From NCBI GenBank assembly GCA_010093995.1, contig ML992512.1, positions 939,831 to 1,003,830 on the forward strand: DNA of 64,000 bases. The letters run 5' to 3'. The position numbers and the translations under genes are program-made. The DNA is from Elsinoe ampelina. Its lineage: Eukaryota. Positions within the stretch are counted from its first letter, which is position 1, and every line of letters starts with the position of its first letter. Positions 50,912 to 62,169 of the stretch are shown piece by piece. The notes beneath the pieces are model-generated. The model worked only from the letters and a program-made list of their open reading frames with translations. It was not told where the DNA came from and ran no database searches.

Positions 50912-52298
50912 ATGCCGGCACTTTTGCTTGCTCGTGCAGGTGACCTGACACGGCGTGCCAATGTCAAGGGTTCTCCAGCATACCTCGCCGAAAACAACGC
51001 GCCTGCTATCCTTACACTTGTTGGCGTCTTTGGAGGACTGTCTCTCGTGACGGTATGTCTTCGGATCTATGTCCGGCAATTCATGCTGGAAGGCGTGACT
51101 GCCGATGACATTGTTATGTTTGTCGCAATGGTCAGTCATTCATCCTGCATTCCATAGAATGCTTCTGACTCTATCAGCTCATGGGTATCGCCTTGTTCGG
51201 ATGCTTCTGTGGTCAAGCCAATCATGGACTGGGTCGCCATGAAGAGTTCTTGACTTTGGACGATCAACAAGGCTTTCAGCGCATCCAGTTCTGGTCTTCC
51301 TTGCTGGTCACCTCAGCCATCACCTTGGTCAAGGTCTCGATATCGCTGCTTCTCATCAAGCTGGTGAACAATAAGCACCTTATCCGCTTCCTTTACGTCT
51401 TCATCGGTGAGTTCATGTTTGCGACACATGTAAGGTCTTGCGACTGACATTCAAGGTTTGATCTGCGCATACACGATCGCCTCCGATCTCACCATCATCC
51501 TCGCCTGTCGACCAGTGGACGCCGCTTGGGACTTTTCGAAAATGCCGACTGCGAAATGCTTCTCGACCAAGACGTTCAGTGCTCTCGGCATTGCCAATTC
51601 GGTCGTCACTATCTTTACCGATGTCCTGCTTGCGCTCCTTCCGGTGCCCATCGTGTGGAAATTGCAGACCAACTTGCGAACAAAGGTCGCTCTGATTGGT
51701 GTGCTGGCCTTGGGTCTCGTCGCAGTAGCTGCCGGTGCTGTCAAGGTCAACGCTCAACTGACTTTCTTGTCTATCGCGGATCGTTTCTAGTAAGTCGTCC
51801 ACTGTCCTATGGCCGCAACAGCCGTGCTGACAGTCACCCAGCAAGAACGAATTCCCAGTCTGGGCTGCGCTGGAGCTATACATTGCCATCATTGCGGCGA
51901 CACTGCCGACACTGCGTCCTTTGATGGCCGCATTCTTCAATGGTGTACGAAGCACAATTGGTTCGTCGAGCGGACGTACGAAGAAGACAACGCAGCAAAA
52001 TACAGGAGGTCGATCGAGACAGAGAGGATACCATTCTCGAGCAATGTCGACCACTTGCAGCCGCAACGAGATGGTCAGAGATGAGGCAGGTAGCCAGGAA
52101 GGGCTTGTACTCACTCCGGTGAGCGGGAAGCACACTCCTGCTCTCACAAGGTCGACAGGCACTGGTGAGATGGACGAGAAGAGCAAGGATAACAACGTTA
52201 TTGTTCGGACTACGCATATCCATACGACAAAAGGATCGAGCTCCGACAGCTCTCCTAATGCGTCGTCATTCGGGGAGTTTGAATTTCAGAAAAGATGA
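50912..52298 (+). CDS. PTH11-like GPCR-type integral membrane protein (no CFEM), four exons
   Basis: VCLRIYVR, ADD, HGLGRH, VKVSISL, CRPVDAAWD, TDVLLALLPVP.VWKLQ; Ser/Thr-rich cytosolic tail. Confidence 0.85.
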
Positions 52299-52876
52299 TT
52301 GTATCAACGACTGTATTATAGAGCGTCCCAGCCGCAATGACGGGTAGGCGACATTGTAATGATTACTTCTTTCCCACGATCGAGCCCTTCTCTGGCTGCA
52401 CACCCAAGAACGCTTTCCCACGGCGAGCGGGGTACATTAGGCATGGCGCAATCGCTGGCGTGACCTCAGATCCCGTGAAAAACCGTCGTTGTTCTGGAAG
52501 GAAAGCTAATTATGAAGGAAAATTGATGAGAAAGAAGCTCGTTTTCAGCTGCGAGAGCGGCACCAAGACTTTGTTTAGGCTGCCTTGGGAAGGTGACAGG
52601 GTCCGGGATAGAGATCTACTGCTTGGCCTTTACCTTTGCTCCTCTCCGGACTTTCTCTTTGGATGGGACTATGCACAGTACCTTGACAAAATGCTTAGCA
52701 TGCTTGGACCTTTCTATTTTGTCGTGTGCGTTCAGGGCGGACATGAACTAGGTCCATGGCCAAAGATAAGTGGCCGCTGCCAAAAAAGAGTGGCGAGCGG
52801 CAGAGGAATGCTATATTAATCAAGCAGCGCTGGTCGCTGATGTGTGGCTCATCACAGGTATCTCACCAAGGTCATC

Positions 52877-54409
52877 ATGAAGGTCAACTCATTCACTTCG
52901 GTCGCTGCATTGGCATCCACGGCGCAAGCCGTTTTGCCACCTCTTCGTTCAGAGTGGTTCCAGAATACCATCACCACGAATGGGTGAGTTGTCTCTAGCG
53001 GTCACTGATCCAACTTCTCACGCAATCGCAGTCTAATGGAGAATCTGGCCAACCTAGACCGGATTGCGACGGAGAATGGTGGCAATCGAGCCTTTGGACT
53101 ACCCGGCTACGACGCATCTCGCGACTTTGTCTTCGACCGTGTGTCCAAGTCGAAGAGGTTCACAGCTTCGAAACAAGACTTCCCTGCTTTGTACAACAAT
53201 GTCGACTCGATCACATTTCGTGTAGCCAACACCAGCTACTATGTCTTCGGTCCGACGTACTCGCCATCAACTTCTCCAGAGGGACTGACCAGGCAGCTCG
53301 TCCTTGGGCCTTCTGGTGATGCAGGTTGCAGCGTAGAGGGCTACGCAAACATCGACGTCAAGGATAAAATGGTCTTGGTACAGAGAGGGACATGCCCGAC
53401 TGGAGGGACCATCGCCGGAAGGATCAGGCCTGCCGCTGCTGCCGGCGCTGCCATTGTTATCCTATACAACAATGTACCCACCAAGGTCACTGGAGGTACC
53501 CTTTCAGCACCGGACCCAAAAGCTTTTGTTCCCAGTGGCTTCATCAATCAAGATGACGGCGAGGCTCTGCGGACAAGATTACTTGCTGGCGAAGTCATCG
53601 AGCCGTACTTTCAACACACTCAGACAGTCGAGACCAAGATCACTCAGAACGTCTTTGCTGAATCCAACGGCGGTGACCCCAACAATGTCATCATGCTTGG
53701 TGCCCATCTCGACAGTGTGAAGGCTGGTGCTGGTATCAACGATGATGGATCTGGGAGCTCTCTCCTGCTGGAACTCTTTGACGGTCTTCAGCGTTTCAAT
53801 TTCCGTAATAAGATCAGGCTTGCATGGTGGGGAGCTGAAGAAAATGGTCTAGTCGGTTCCCGATACTACACAACGCAGATCAACAACACAGCAGATGCCG
53901 ACAACCTTCTTCTCTACCTGAACTTTGACATGGTCAGCAGAGGCTACTTTGGAGTGTTTGACGGAGATGGAAATACCCACGGCTTGGCTGGTGCTCCCGG
54001 CTCGGATGTTATCGAGAAGCTGTTCGTCGATCACTTGACAAGCAAGGGTATCAATGTCACCGCCGCCATCTTCACCGGTGGTAGCGATTATGCCTCATTC
54101 ATGTCGACCCTTAACAAGCCTGTCGGCGGTCTACACACCGGCACTGGCGTTGCCCAGGACGACTGCTATCACCAACAATGTGATGTTTATGGCAATGCAA
54201 ACCCCAATACACTCACCATCAACGCCAAAGCTGCGGCCCATGTTCTGTCCGTACTGGCCCAGCGAGGTCAAGACATCATCCCTAAGAAGACCGGCAATTT
54301 GACCATGACGGTGGGCAAGCGATCAGTGGAAAGCTTGGATCTCGACGACTTCCCATGGACTGTGCTTGACAGCGAACGCCATCTCGGCACTTGCGGCCAC
54401 GATGTTTAG
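52877..54409 (+). CDS. Secreted M28 aminopeptidase with PA domain (Lap2/Ape3-like); one short intron after about 52983
   Basis: Signal peptide exon, LVQRGTC PA domain, GAHLDSV, NDDGSG, AEE, NFDMV, SDY, CYHQ. Confidence 0.9.
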
Positions 54410-54872
54410 GTGGGCATGTTAGGCATATATGGGTTTCTGTAGAGTAGTAGAGGGGTGTAGAGGCTGTAGCACGTAGTGGACGAAGTGACGAAGTGAACGA
54501 TGATAGCACTGCCAGCATAGGCGAATCAAGGCACTCATGATATGTGTGAGGTCGATCTCCGTGTCAGTCTTGTCGTCGAGTGAAAATACTGAGGACAACA
54601 CGGAGACACCTCCCCGCCCTTGGCACACCGAACCGAGTTTCTCCACGACCTGAAACCCACCTGTTCTCCTTCGTCCTTCACAGCACCAACCACAAACATT
54701 TTCGTCTGTCATGGTCTCTCAAATGATACTCCGAGTGGCGCAAGGGATGCTGGTCGTTGCTACCAGCACGTCTGACCATCTTGGCAGGGCGGAGTACCAG
54801 CGCTGGCAGGTATAAGTAATATCTGCTGCTGTACCATCAGTAAGATGTTCATCTTCCGCAGATCCTCTCACC

Positions 54873-55867
54873 ATGATCTTCTCCCGGCTGACCACACTGA
54901 CCACTCTTGTGGCCTGCTTCGCTGCGGTCACCCAGGCATCACCTGTTTCGTCTCTCGAGAGACGCGCCGACACATCCTGCACAGCTGCTGCCGATGGCTT
55001 TGCTTCACTGAATGGAGGCACCACTGGAGGAGCGGGTGGAATTGTAGTCATTGTCACCACCCAAGCAGATCTCGTCAAGTTCGCCAAGGCATCTGGCAAG
55101 CATGTCATCAAGGTCAAGGGCAGGATCAGCATCACTCCAAAGGGTACCGAGGTCGAAGTGACCAACGACAAGACCATCATCGGCATCGGTGCCTCAGGAG
55201 AGATCTATCAAGGCGGTTTCAAGCTCAATGGTGCCGAGAACGTCATCTTCCGCAACCTCAAGATTGGGAACACGTATGTTGAAGGGGACGAGGAGGGCAA
55301 GACTCAGGACTGGGACGGCATTCAGATGGACACCGCGAGCAATGTCTGGATTGATCACGTCTTGTTCGAGAAGGGCGGCGATGGGCTGATCGATAGTCGG
55401 AAGGACACAAACTTCTTGACCGTTTCCAATTCTGTTCTGCAAAACCACAACAAGGCCTTTGGTATTGGCTGGACCGAGAATGTGATTGCCCAGATCACCA
55501 TCCATCACAACTATTTTTTGAACACCAATCAGCGTAATCCTTCGCGGACAATGTCAAGTACGCTCACCTCTATAACAACTATGTCGTCGGCGCAAAGTCG
55601 TATGGTCATTATGCTCGCGGCAAGACTGATATGCGTATGGAGAACGTCTATTTTGAAAATTCCAAGAACCCCATCACCGCCGACTCCACGGCGAAGCTGG
55701 CGATATCTGGCAATGTCTACAAGAGCACCACCGGGACTACCGCGAAAGACCAGGGCACCGTCTTCAACGCTTCTAGTTTCTACAAGTACACTTTGACTCC
55801 GAGCAACAATGTCCCGAGCGTTGTCAAGGCAGAGTCTGGACCCAAGGCAAGCATTTGCACTTCATAA
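54873..55867 (+). pseudogene. Secreted PL1 pectate lyase with a 1-nt frameshift near 55543 (pseudogene or assembly error)
   Basis: Signal peptide, GTTGG, KTIIG, NVIFRNL, VWIDH, DGLID, ITIHHNYF, RNP. ADNVKYAHLYNNY continues in another frame to the stop at 55867. Confidence 0.8.
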
Positions 55868-56426
55868 GTGGTCTCCATTTTGGAACTTGTCTTGAGCGGA
55901 TGCTTGCTCGAATAAATCATACTTTCATGTACATAGTTTCTCGGCAAATGTCAGTTCCTGACACTTGGGCCCTCTGCCAAACATCCATGTGCGGACTACG
56001 TAGCACTGTCATTGAGCGCCATTGGGCACGTGTAGCCACAGGACCCTTGCTTGCGGAACAGCACGATCTTGCTGTCATACTCCAGGAAGCAGAATTTCGT
56101 TGATGGCGAGTCGTACCATCTTGCTCGGATTGGGCGCTCTGTCAAGGACAATGTCGGATGTTTGAGATCAGACTGGAAGAAGACACTTGCTCTCATTGCA
56201 CACACACCTACCCAAAGGGATTCGACGTGCAGGCGGAACCGAAACCTCAATGCCAGCCGGTGGCTTGATAGAAGCCTGAAGGATGTTTGGTAGACGACAT
56301 CCAAACAGTTTGCAAGAGAAATCAATCGGCACAAAGGTATTGAAATGACTTTCTGGCTGGATATTCAAGGCACTGGCGGGCCCATGACTTCTAACATTCA
56401 AGTGCTCAATAATAGTCAATTCTACA

Positions 56427-57922
56427 CTACTCCTCCATTGGGGAATCTCCTCGTCCTATCCAGGTGTTCTCGTTCAGCAAGCCAGCCAGACCGGCCTGGT
56501 CGCCATGATCAAGGTACCCACATATGCGACCCTCGGGATCTCTCTTACGGCGCAGCTCCATCAGACGGCGCGCTTTCTCGTCCGTCCAGTATCTTGTCTG
56601 TCGGATCTGAAAGTCGGAATCTCCAAGGTATGCGCCATCGCATTTTGGTGCAATCCTTTTCATGACACTTTCCGTCCAGGTTTGACACCGATCGTCGTCC
56701 TTTTCATGCTCCCAGATGGTATAGATGGCGAAGTAGTGGTCCGACTGCATGCTCAGTGCCATATCGGGCATGTCACGACGGCTACACGGGGCCATGCCGT
56801 ACCACAGTGCGAATGCCTTGTCTGTGGGCAATGTTGTGAAGGCAGGCTCGAGGACATCTACCGGATCTTCGTCATTGGCGACATATCCATTGTCGGCACA
56901 GTACCGATGACCTTGTGGGTTGGCGCCAGCTTGGTCTCGATATTCTTTGGCGAGGCTGGTCTCTTGATCGACTGCCTCAACGAGAGGATCTGCTGGTCTC
57001 GAGCTGTTGGCTGGTGTAAGAGCCGCGAGACACTCTTCCTCAGAGTTCTTGAACGTTACGAAGAGCGCCACAATACACTTCTGGTCAATACCAGGCGGCG
57101 TATTGCCCACTGCTACAATCTCCGTGTCTGGATCAAAGTCGGGCGTAATGTCGACTACCCACCGCATGACCTCTCGGTATCTGGAAATGGGGTATACAAA
57201 AGCAGAAGATCTCATGGCTGGCACCTTTGGTCGGACCTCGAGGTGGTAGCGGACGACTATGGCTGGGAAACCTATCCACGTTAGAGACACTTCCACAAGG
57301 ATATGTTTGAGGATATTACCAGGTCCAGCGCCTTTTGCTGCCCAAAGCAAATCGCTGTTGTTCTCGGCATCGACTCGTGTCAATTCACCGTCGGCATTGA
57401 CAACATCGAGCGCTCGGATCTTCTCGCAAGCCCATCCCCAATTCTAAGCCATGTCAGGATCTAATCAACGTTGGCTAGCGACGAACGTACTCTGCAATTC
57501 CAGCCCATGCCTCCTTGCAGGAGGAATCCTCCAAGCCCAACATCTGGACAGTGACCGCCAGCAAACATCAATCCTCGTTGCGACAGGTAGTCGTTCAACA
57601 TACTGCCAGTCGTGCTGGGCGAGACTGTAGCAATACCCTTTTCGGAATCTAGTGATATGTGTTTCATGTTGCCGAGATCGATGAGGACTGCATTATCCCT
57701 TACACTCCATGCAGCCCACGAATGGCCTCCGGAGCGTACAGAGACTCTGTGTCCTTTGGACTTGGCCAGTCGTACTGCTTCGACGACATGATCAGGTGTT
57801 TCCGCTTTGACCACAGCCACGGGATAACGTTTGGGACGTCGGTGATTGAACACTCTCCCTACCCTGGCTTCTTCGTAGACTGCCTCCTCGACTTCTGATC
57901 TCCAAATGATAGGTAAAGACAT
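56427..57922 (-). CDS. FAD-linked oxidoreductase (VAO/BBE, 6-hydroxy-D-nicotine oxidase-like), three exons
   Basis: RSGGHSW (covalent FAD His motif), GHCPDVGLGGFLLQGG, DLLWAAKGAGPG, LRRKRDP; no signal peptide. Confidence 0.88.
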
Positions 57923-58005
57923 TTCGTCGACTGTCTGCCTGGACGACCATCACACTCGTCTGATCTGCTTTTCATATCGTCTTGGAAAAAGGCTCTCTCG
58001 ATTGT

Positions 58006-58075
58006 CAGATCTCCTCCACCCCGGGACTGACTCGCAAGCTCAACGGTTCGTGGGGTCCCCGCAGATCTCCTCCAC
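58006..58075. repeat. 14-bp direct repeat in a divergent promoter
   Basis: CAGATCTCCTCCAC at 58006-58019 and 58062-58075. Confidence 0.85.
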
Positions 58076-58292
58076 TTTGTCTAACTTTCCTGTGAGACAT
58101 CGGTTAGCATCAGCCACAGGCGATTGTCGCGTGACTGAGAAGGCTCGATGTTTGGAGAGCACTCCACATGGCTCTTTCTATATGACCATGCCGCACGCCC
58201 TTTGATCGACCAACATCGAGTCATCCCATTCCACATATCTTCTATCATCTCTAGTCTTCATTGATCAAGATCTTTTTCCTCTCTGCGTCGCC

Positions 58293-60017
58293 ATGACTGG
58301 TGTTACCAAACAGAGAGCCTCAGAAGAGGTGACCCAAGTCAACACGCTTGGTCACCTACGCCTTCGCCATGAGCTTACCAATGAGATCATCCTCATTCCT
58401 ACACCATCCAATGATCCCAATGATCCTCTCAACTGGTAAACAAGCTCTTGTCGATAGTGAAGTCAGCTTACTCTAGCAGGTCGAAGCGGCACCGCGTTTA
58501 CATTGCGTTACTGGTCTCTCTGGCAATGTTTTTCTGCAACTTTCTTGCCGCCGGACCGTCTGTTGCCATCGTCAACATTGTTATCGATTACTTCGGCACG
58601 CCGCCAATGACCCCCGGGTTTCCGGCCGCTATCGCAAAGACCGCGTACCTCTTCACTACTACTGCACTGCTGCAAGGCATGGGGAATCTCATCTGGATGC
58701 CATTCATCATCAAATATGGCCGTCGACCCATGTATATCATATCATTCACCGGTTACGCCGTGTGTGCCCTTTGGTCTGGATTGTCCAAGAGTTACGAGAG
58801 CGAGCTGGCGTCTAGGATCATTTTGGGATTCTTTGCAGGATCAGCTGAATGCATTGCACCTCTCACCATCTCCGACATCTTTTTCTTACATGAGCGTGGA
58901 TTCTACATGGGGTAAGTCTTTACGGTATTACACAACATGCACGGGTGCTTTCATGCAGAGAATGTACAAATCGCTAACACCGAAAAGGATGTACACAGTG
59001 GCACTTTCACTTGGCGTCTCTGGAGGTGTTATCATCTCTGGTTTGATCACAATCAATCTGAGCTGGCGGTACATCTATTACGTGGCCGCGGCTCTCATTG
59101 GTGCTTTGACCATTCTTGTCTTTTTCACCCTTCCAGAGACGGACTTCAAACGCGATCCGACCACGAGGACTATCCGTAACATCGAGTCAAAGGAGGTCGA
59201 AATAACAGAGCATGTAGAGGGACTGCCTGATACCAACCCCAGGCAATCTTTTGTGCAGCGTCTGCGCGTATTCCATGGACCCTTCACCAATGAGTCACTT
59301 TGGCGCATCTTCTACCGACCTATCGTCTTACTGGCGCTCCCACCTGTCCTGTGGGCAACCCTGATTATGTCTGTCACAATTGGATTTTTGGTCGCTATCT
59401 CGTCCAATTTTGCGTCCGCTTTCGCGCAAGTGTATGGGTTTAAGCCGTATCAATCCGGTCTCTGCTTCATCTCAGGATTCATCGGCACTCTGTTCGGTAT
59501 CTTCGGCGGTGGTCAAGTCTCGGACTGGGTGGCCGATTACTTTACTCGCCGCAACGGAGGGATTCGCGAGCCGGAAATGCGTCTGCCAGCCATGACACTG
59601 GGCTTGATCTGCACCCCTGTAGGTCTGGTGCTGTACGGTGTGGGCATTGAGAAACAGCTTCACTGGATTGTCGCAACCCTCGGTCTTGGGTTTCTCAGCT
59701 TTGCTATTGCGCAAACAACGAACGTCTCCCTGGTCTACATTATCGACTCGTACAGACCGATCGCTGGTGAAACTGTCGTTACTCAATTGGCTTTCAAGTC
59801 TGCATTCGGATTCCTTCTTTCCTTCTACACGAACCCCTGGATCGAAAAGGCTGGGTATGCCAATGCCTTTGGTGCCATGGCCGGAATTGCAGGGGGGGTG
59901 ATCTTGCTTTGGGTACCCTTCTATATCTGGGGAAGGCAAATCCGTGTGGCAACACTCAAATGGAGGGTCATGACAAACCTGGCAGGATGGGATGAGGATA
60001 GAGAGGTCGGCGAGTAG
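58293..60017 (+). CDS. MFS transporter (12-TMS, Hol1/DHA1-like), three exons
   Basis: LIPTPSNDPNDPLNWS, KYGRRP, DIFFLHERG, LPET, GIREPEMRL. Confidence 0.9.
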
Positions 60018-60671
60018 GGGAGGCTTGCGGGCCCTTGATATATCATCTAGCCAACGCGACGAACAGGGATACACGGAGTTCAATGGACCAACAGCCCAGT
60101 ACTTGCTACAGATATTGGATTCAGCGCTTTACTTGCTCGTGAAAACCTCTTTCATGTAGATCGTTGGTGATGTATGATAAAGCAAGCAGCCGGACGCTCT
60201 CATCACACCTGAACGAGGGGATCGCGTGAGCGCATGCTCGACGAGGCTTAACGTGAGAGGACCATTGTAACCCTGGGGTGTCGCACGCATCTGCACGAAA
60301 TGTGGTCCCGGTCAATGCCACGCGGTTCTCATGGGAGGCGTTTTTAGACTTCTGCATGCCTTGCGAGCGTTTGTTGAACCATGTTTTGACATCGGGCCCA
60401 CATGTTCACCCCGCGTCCCAAACAATCAATTTCCATCTCCCTCTTCCTCTCCAACGACCACGACTTCGGATTGCATACTCTGTGGGCACCAACAATCCGC
60501 TCTCCACCCACAAGCACACTTCTTGACCTCATCTTCGCGATTCTTGGGGGACCACATGCCCGGGCGGGCTCTCCACCTGTGGAGGTAAGATGGGATTGAA
60601 CATCCGGGTCCGCGAGCAAGGAGAAGAGCAGGAAGAACAAGGACAACTGAGATTGTAGCAAGCTGGAAATC

Positions 60672-61493
60672 ATGGAAGCATTGGATAACGCCGTCGCCAT
60701 CAACAGTCGGGACACCGATCTTCAGGCCGTCAACTTGCAGTCGTTGACAGGCAAAATCGCAGTCATCAGCGGGTCAAGCTCTGGCATTGGCAAAGCGATT
60801 GCCATCGAACTTGCCAGTCGCGGCGCGTCTACAGTCATCAACTATCCGTTCGAAACCCTCAAGGATGAAGCGGCGGCGGTATTACCTCGTCTAGCGGTCC
60901 CTGGGATAGCTGTCTGCGCCGACATATCAACCATTGACGGTCCAAGAATCCTGATCGAGGCGGCCGTGAAAGCGTTTGGGAAAGTCGACATTATCGTCAA
61001 CAACGCAGCGATTGCTGTCAACAAACCTTTCGAAGAACAAACCCTTGCCGACTGGGATCTACTTGTCAACCTCAATGGGCGGGGGACATTCCTGCTCACC
61101 CAACACGCACTTCCTCATATGCCTCGCCCCGGTGGTCGAATAGTCAACATATGCAGCGCTTCGTCTCGTGGGCCGCCGCCATGGCAGACTATCTACGCCG
61201 GGACAAAGGGTATGGTCGACAGCTTCACCAAAGTGTGGGCCAAAGAGCTTGCGGAGAAGTACGGCTGCACAGTCAACAGTGTGAGTCCGGGACCGACCAG
61301 GACAGAGGGGTTTGCAAATGCGGGCGAAGAGGTCATGAAGTTTCTACAACCCACCATTGACGCCACACCGGCAGCGAGACGGATGGGGGAAACTACGGAA
61401 ATAGCGTATGCGGTGGCTATGCTGTGCGAGGAGCGAGCGAGGTGGCTCAATGGACTGCATCTGCATGCTAATGGAGGTCTTCTCATTGATTGA
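60672..61493 (+). CDS. Classical SDR (3-oxoacyl-ACP reductase-like)
   Basis: SGSSSGIG, VNNAA, YAGTK, VNSVSPGPT. Confidence 0.9.
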   Translation: MEALDNAVAINSRDTDLQAVNLQSLTGKIAVISGSSSGIGKAIAIELASRGASTVINYPFETLKDEAAAVLPRLAVPGIAVCADISTIDGPRILIEAAVKAFGKVDIIVNNAAIAVNKPFEEQTLADWDLLVNLNGRGTFLLTQHALPHMPRPGGRIVNICSASSRGPPPWQTIYAGTKGMVDSFTKVWAKELAEKYGCTVNSVSPGPTRTEGFANAGEEVMKFLQPTIDATPAARRMGETTEIAYAVAMLCEERARWLNGLHLHANGGLLID

Positions 61494-61844
61494 TAGACAA
61501 AATAAAGAATCGTATGCCTTGCATCTTGTGTCTTATCGTCACGCTGATGCTGTAGGGAATGTTACCTGAACTGCTGAGGTGGGCCGCGGAGGACCACTAA
61601 GGGCCAGCTGGGCCGATCATACTGTACTGCTGCATTGCTACCAAGATATGTCATTTGCCGGATATGAATGTTCGTGTATCGTCCGATCCACTGTGCCCAA
61701 CAACCCCGACACTCCCACTCGGCTCTGACCCTCTTCCTGTTCCATCTCCACATACTTAGCGACCAGGGCTTGCCACAGATATCGACCGGGTCCCTAACCA
61801 CAACCCAATCTCACCATCGCTCGCGCTTGTTCTTGAGCTTTACC

Positions 61845-62123
61845 ATGTTGCATCTCGTGCTTCTCTCTCTGGCCGTGCTGGCCTTCGCTCTTGCGGTCAG
61901 TTGCATGATGAGCAGAGCAAGTCTTGACTGACCATTCGTAGTATGTGTACCGTATCCTGGCGTCACCACTCCGACGACTGCCCGGCCCCTGGTACTCTCA
62001 CTTCACCCATCTCTGGCTGAAGTGCCATGTCGTCAAAGGCAGACGCCTTCACTATATCCGCGGTCTACACAAGCACTACGGGCCGATTGTCCGTGTCTCG
62101 CCTACCGGGATCGATGTGTCCTC
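61845..62123 (+). pseudogene. Cytochrome P450 5' fragment truncated at a telomeric repeat; intron 61896-61941
   Basis: Membrane anchor, PLRRLPGPW, LHKHYGPIVRVSP; similarity ends at TTAGGG repeats with an in-frame stop at 62142. Confidence 0.85.
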
Positions 62124-62140
62124 AGGGTTAGGGTTAGGGT
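62124..62140 (+). repeat. Interstitial telomeric repeat (relic 1)
   Basis: AGGGTTAGGGTTAGGGT, 17 nt in perfect telomere register. Confidence 0.9.
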
Positions 62141-62169
62141 GAAAAGTACATTCAGTGTGTAGCTACCCT

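Noticed and set aside
55870..56426. Possible gene remnant between the pectate lyase and the FAD oxidase
   Set aside because: Short ORFs in several frames with no recognisable homology.
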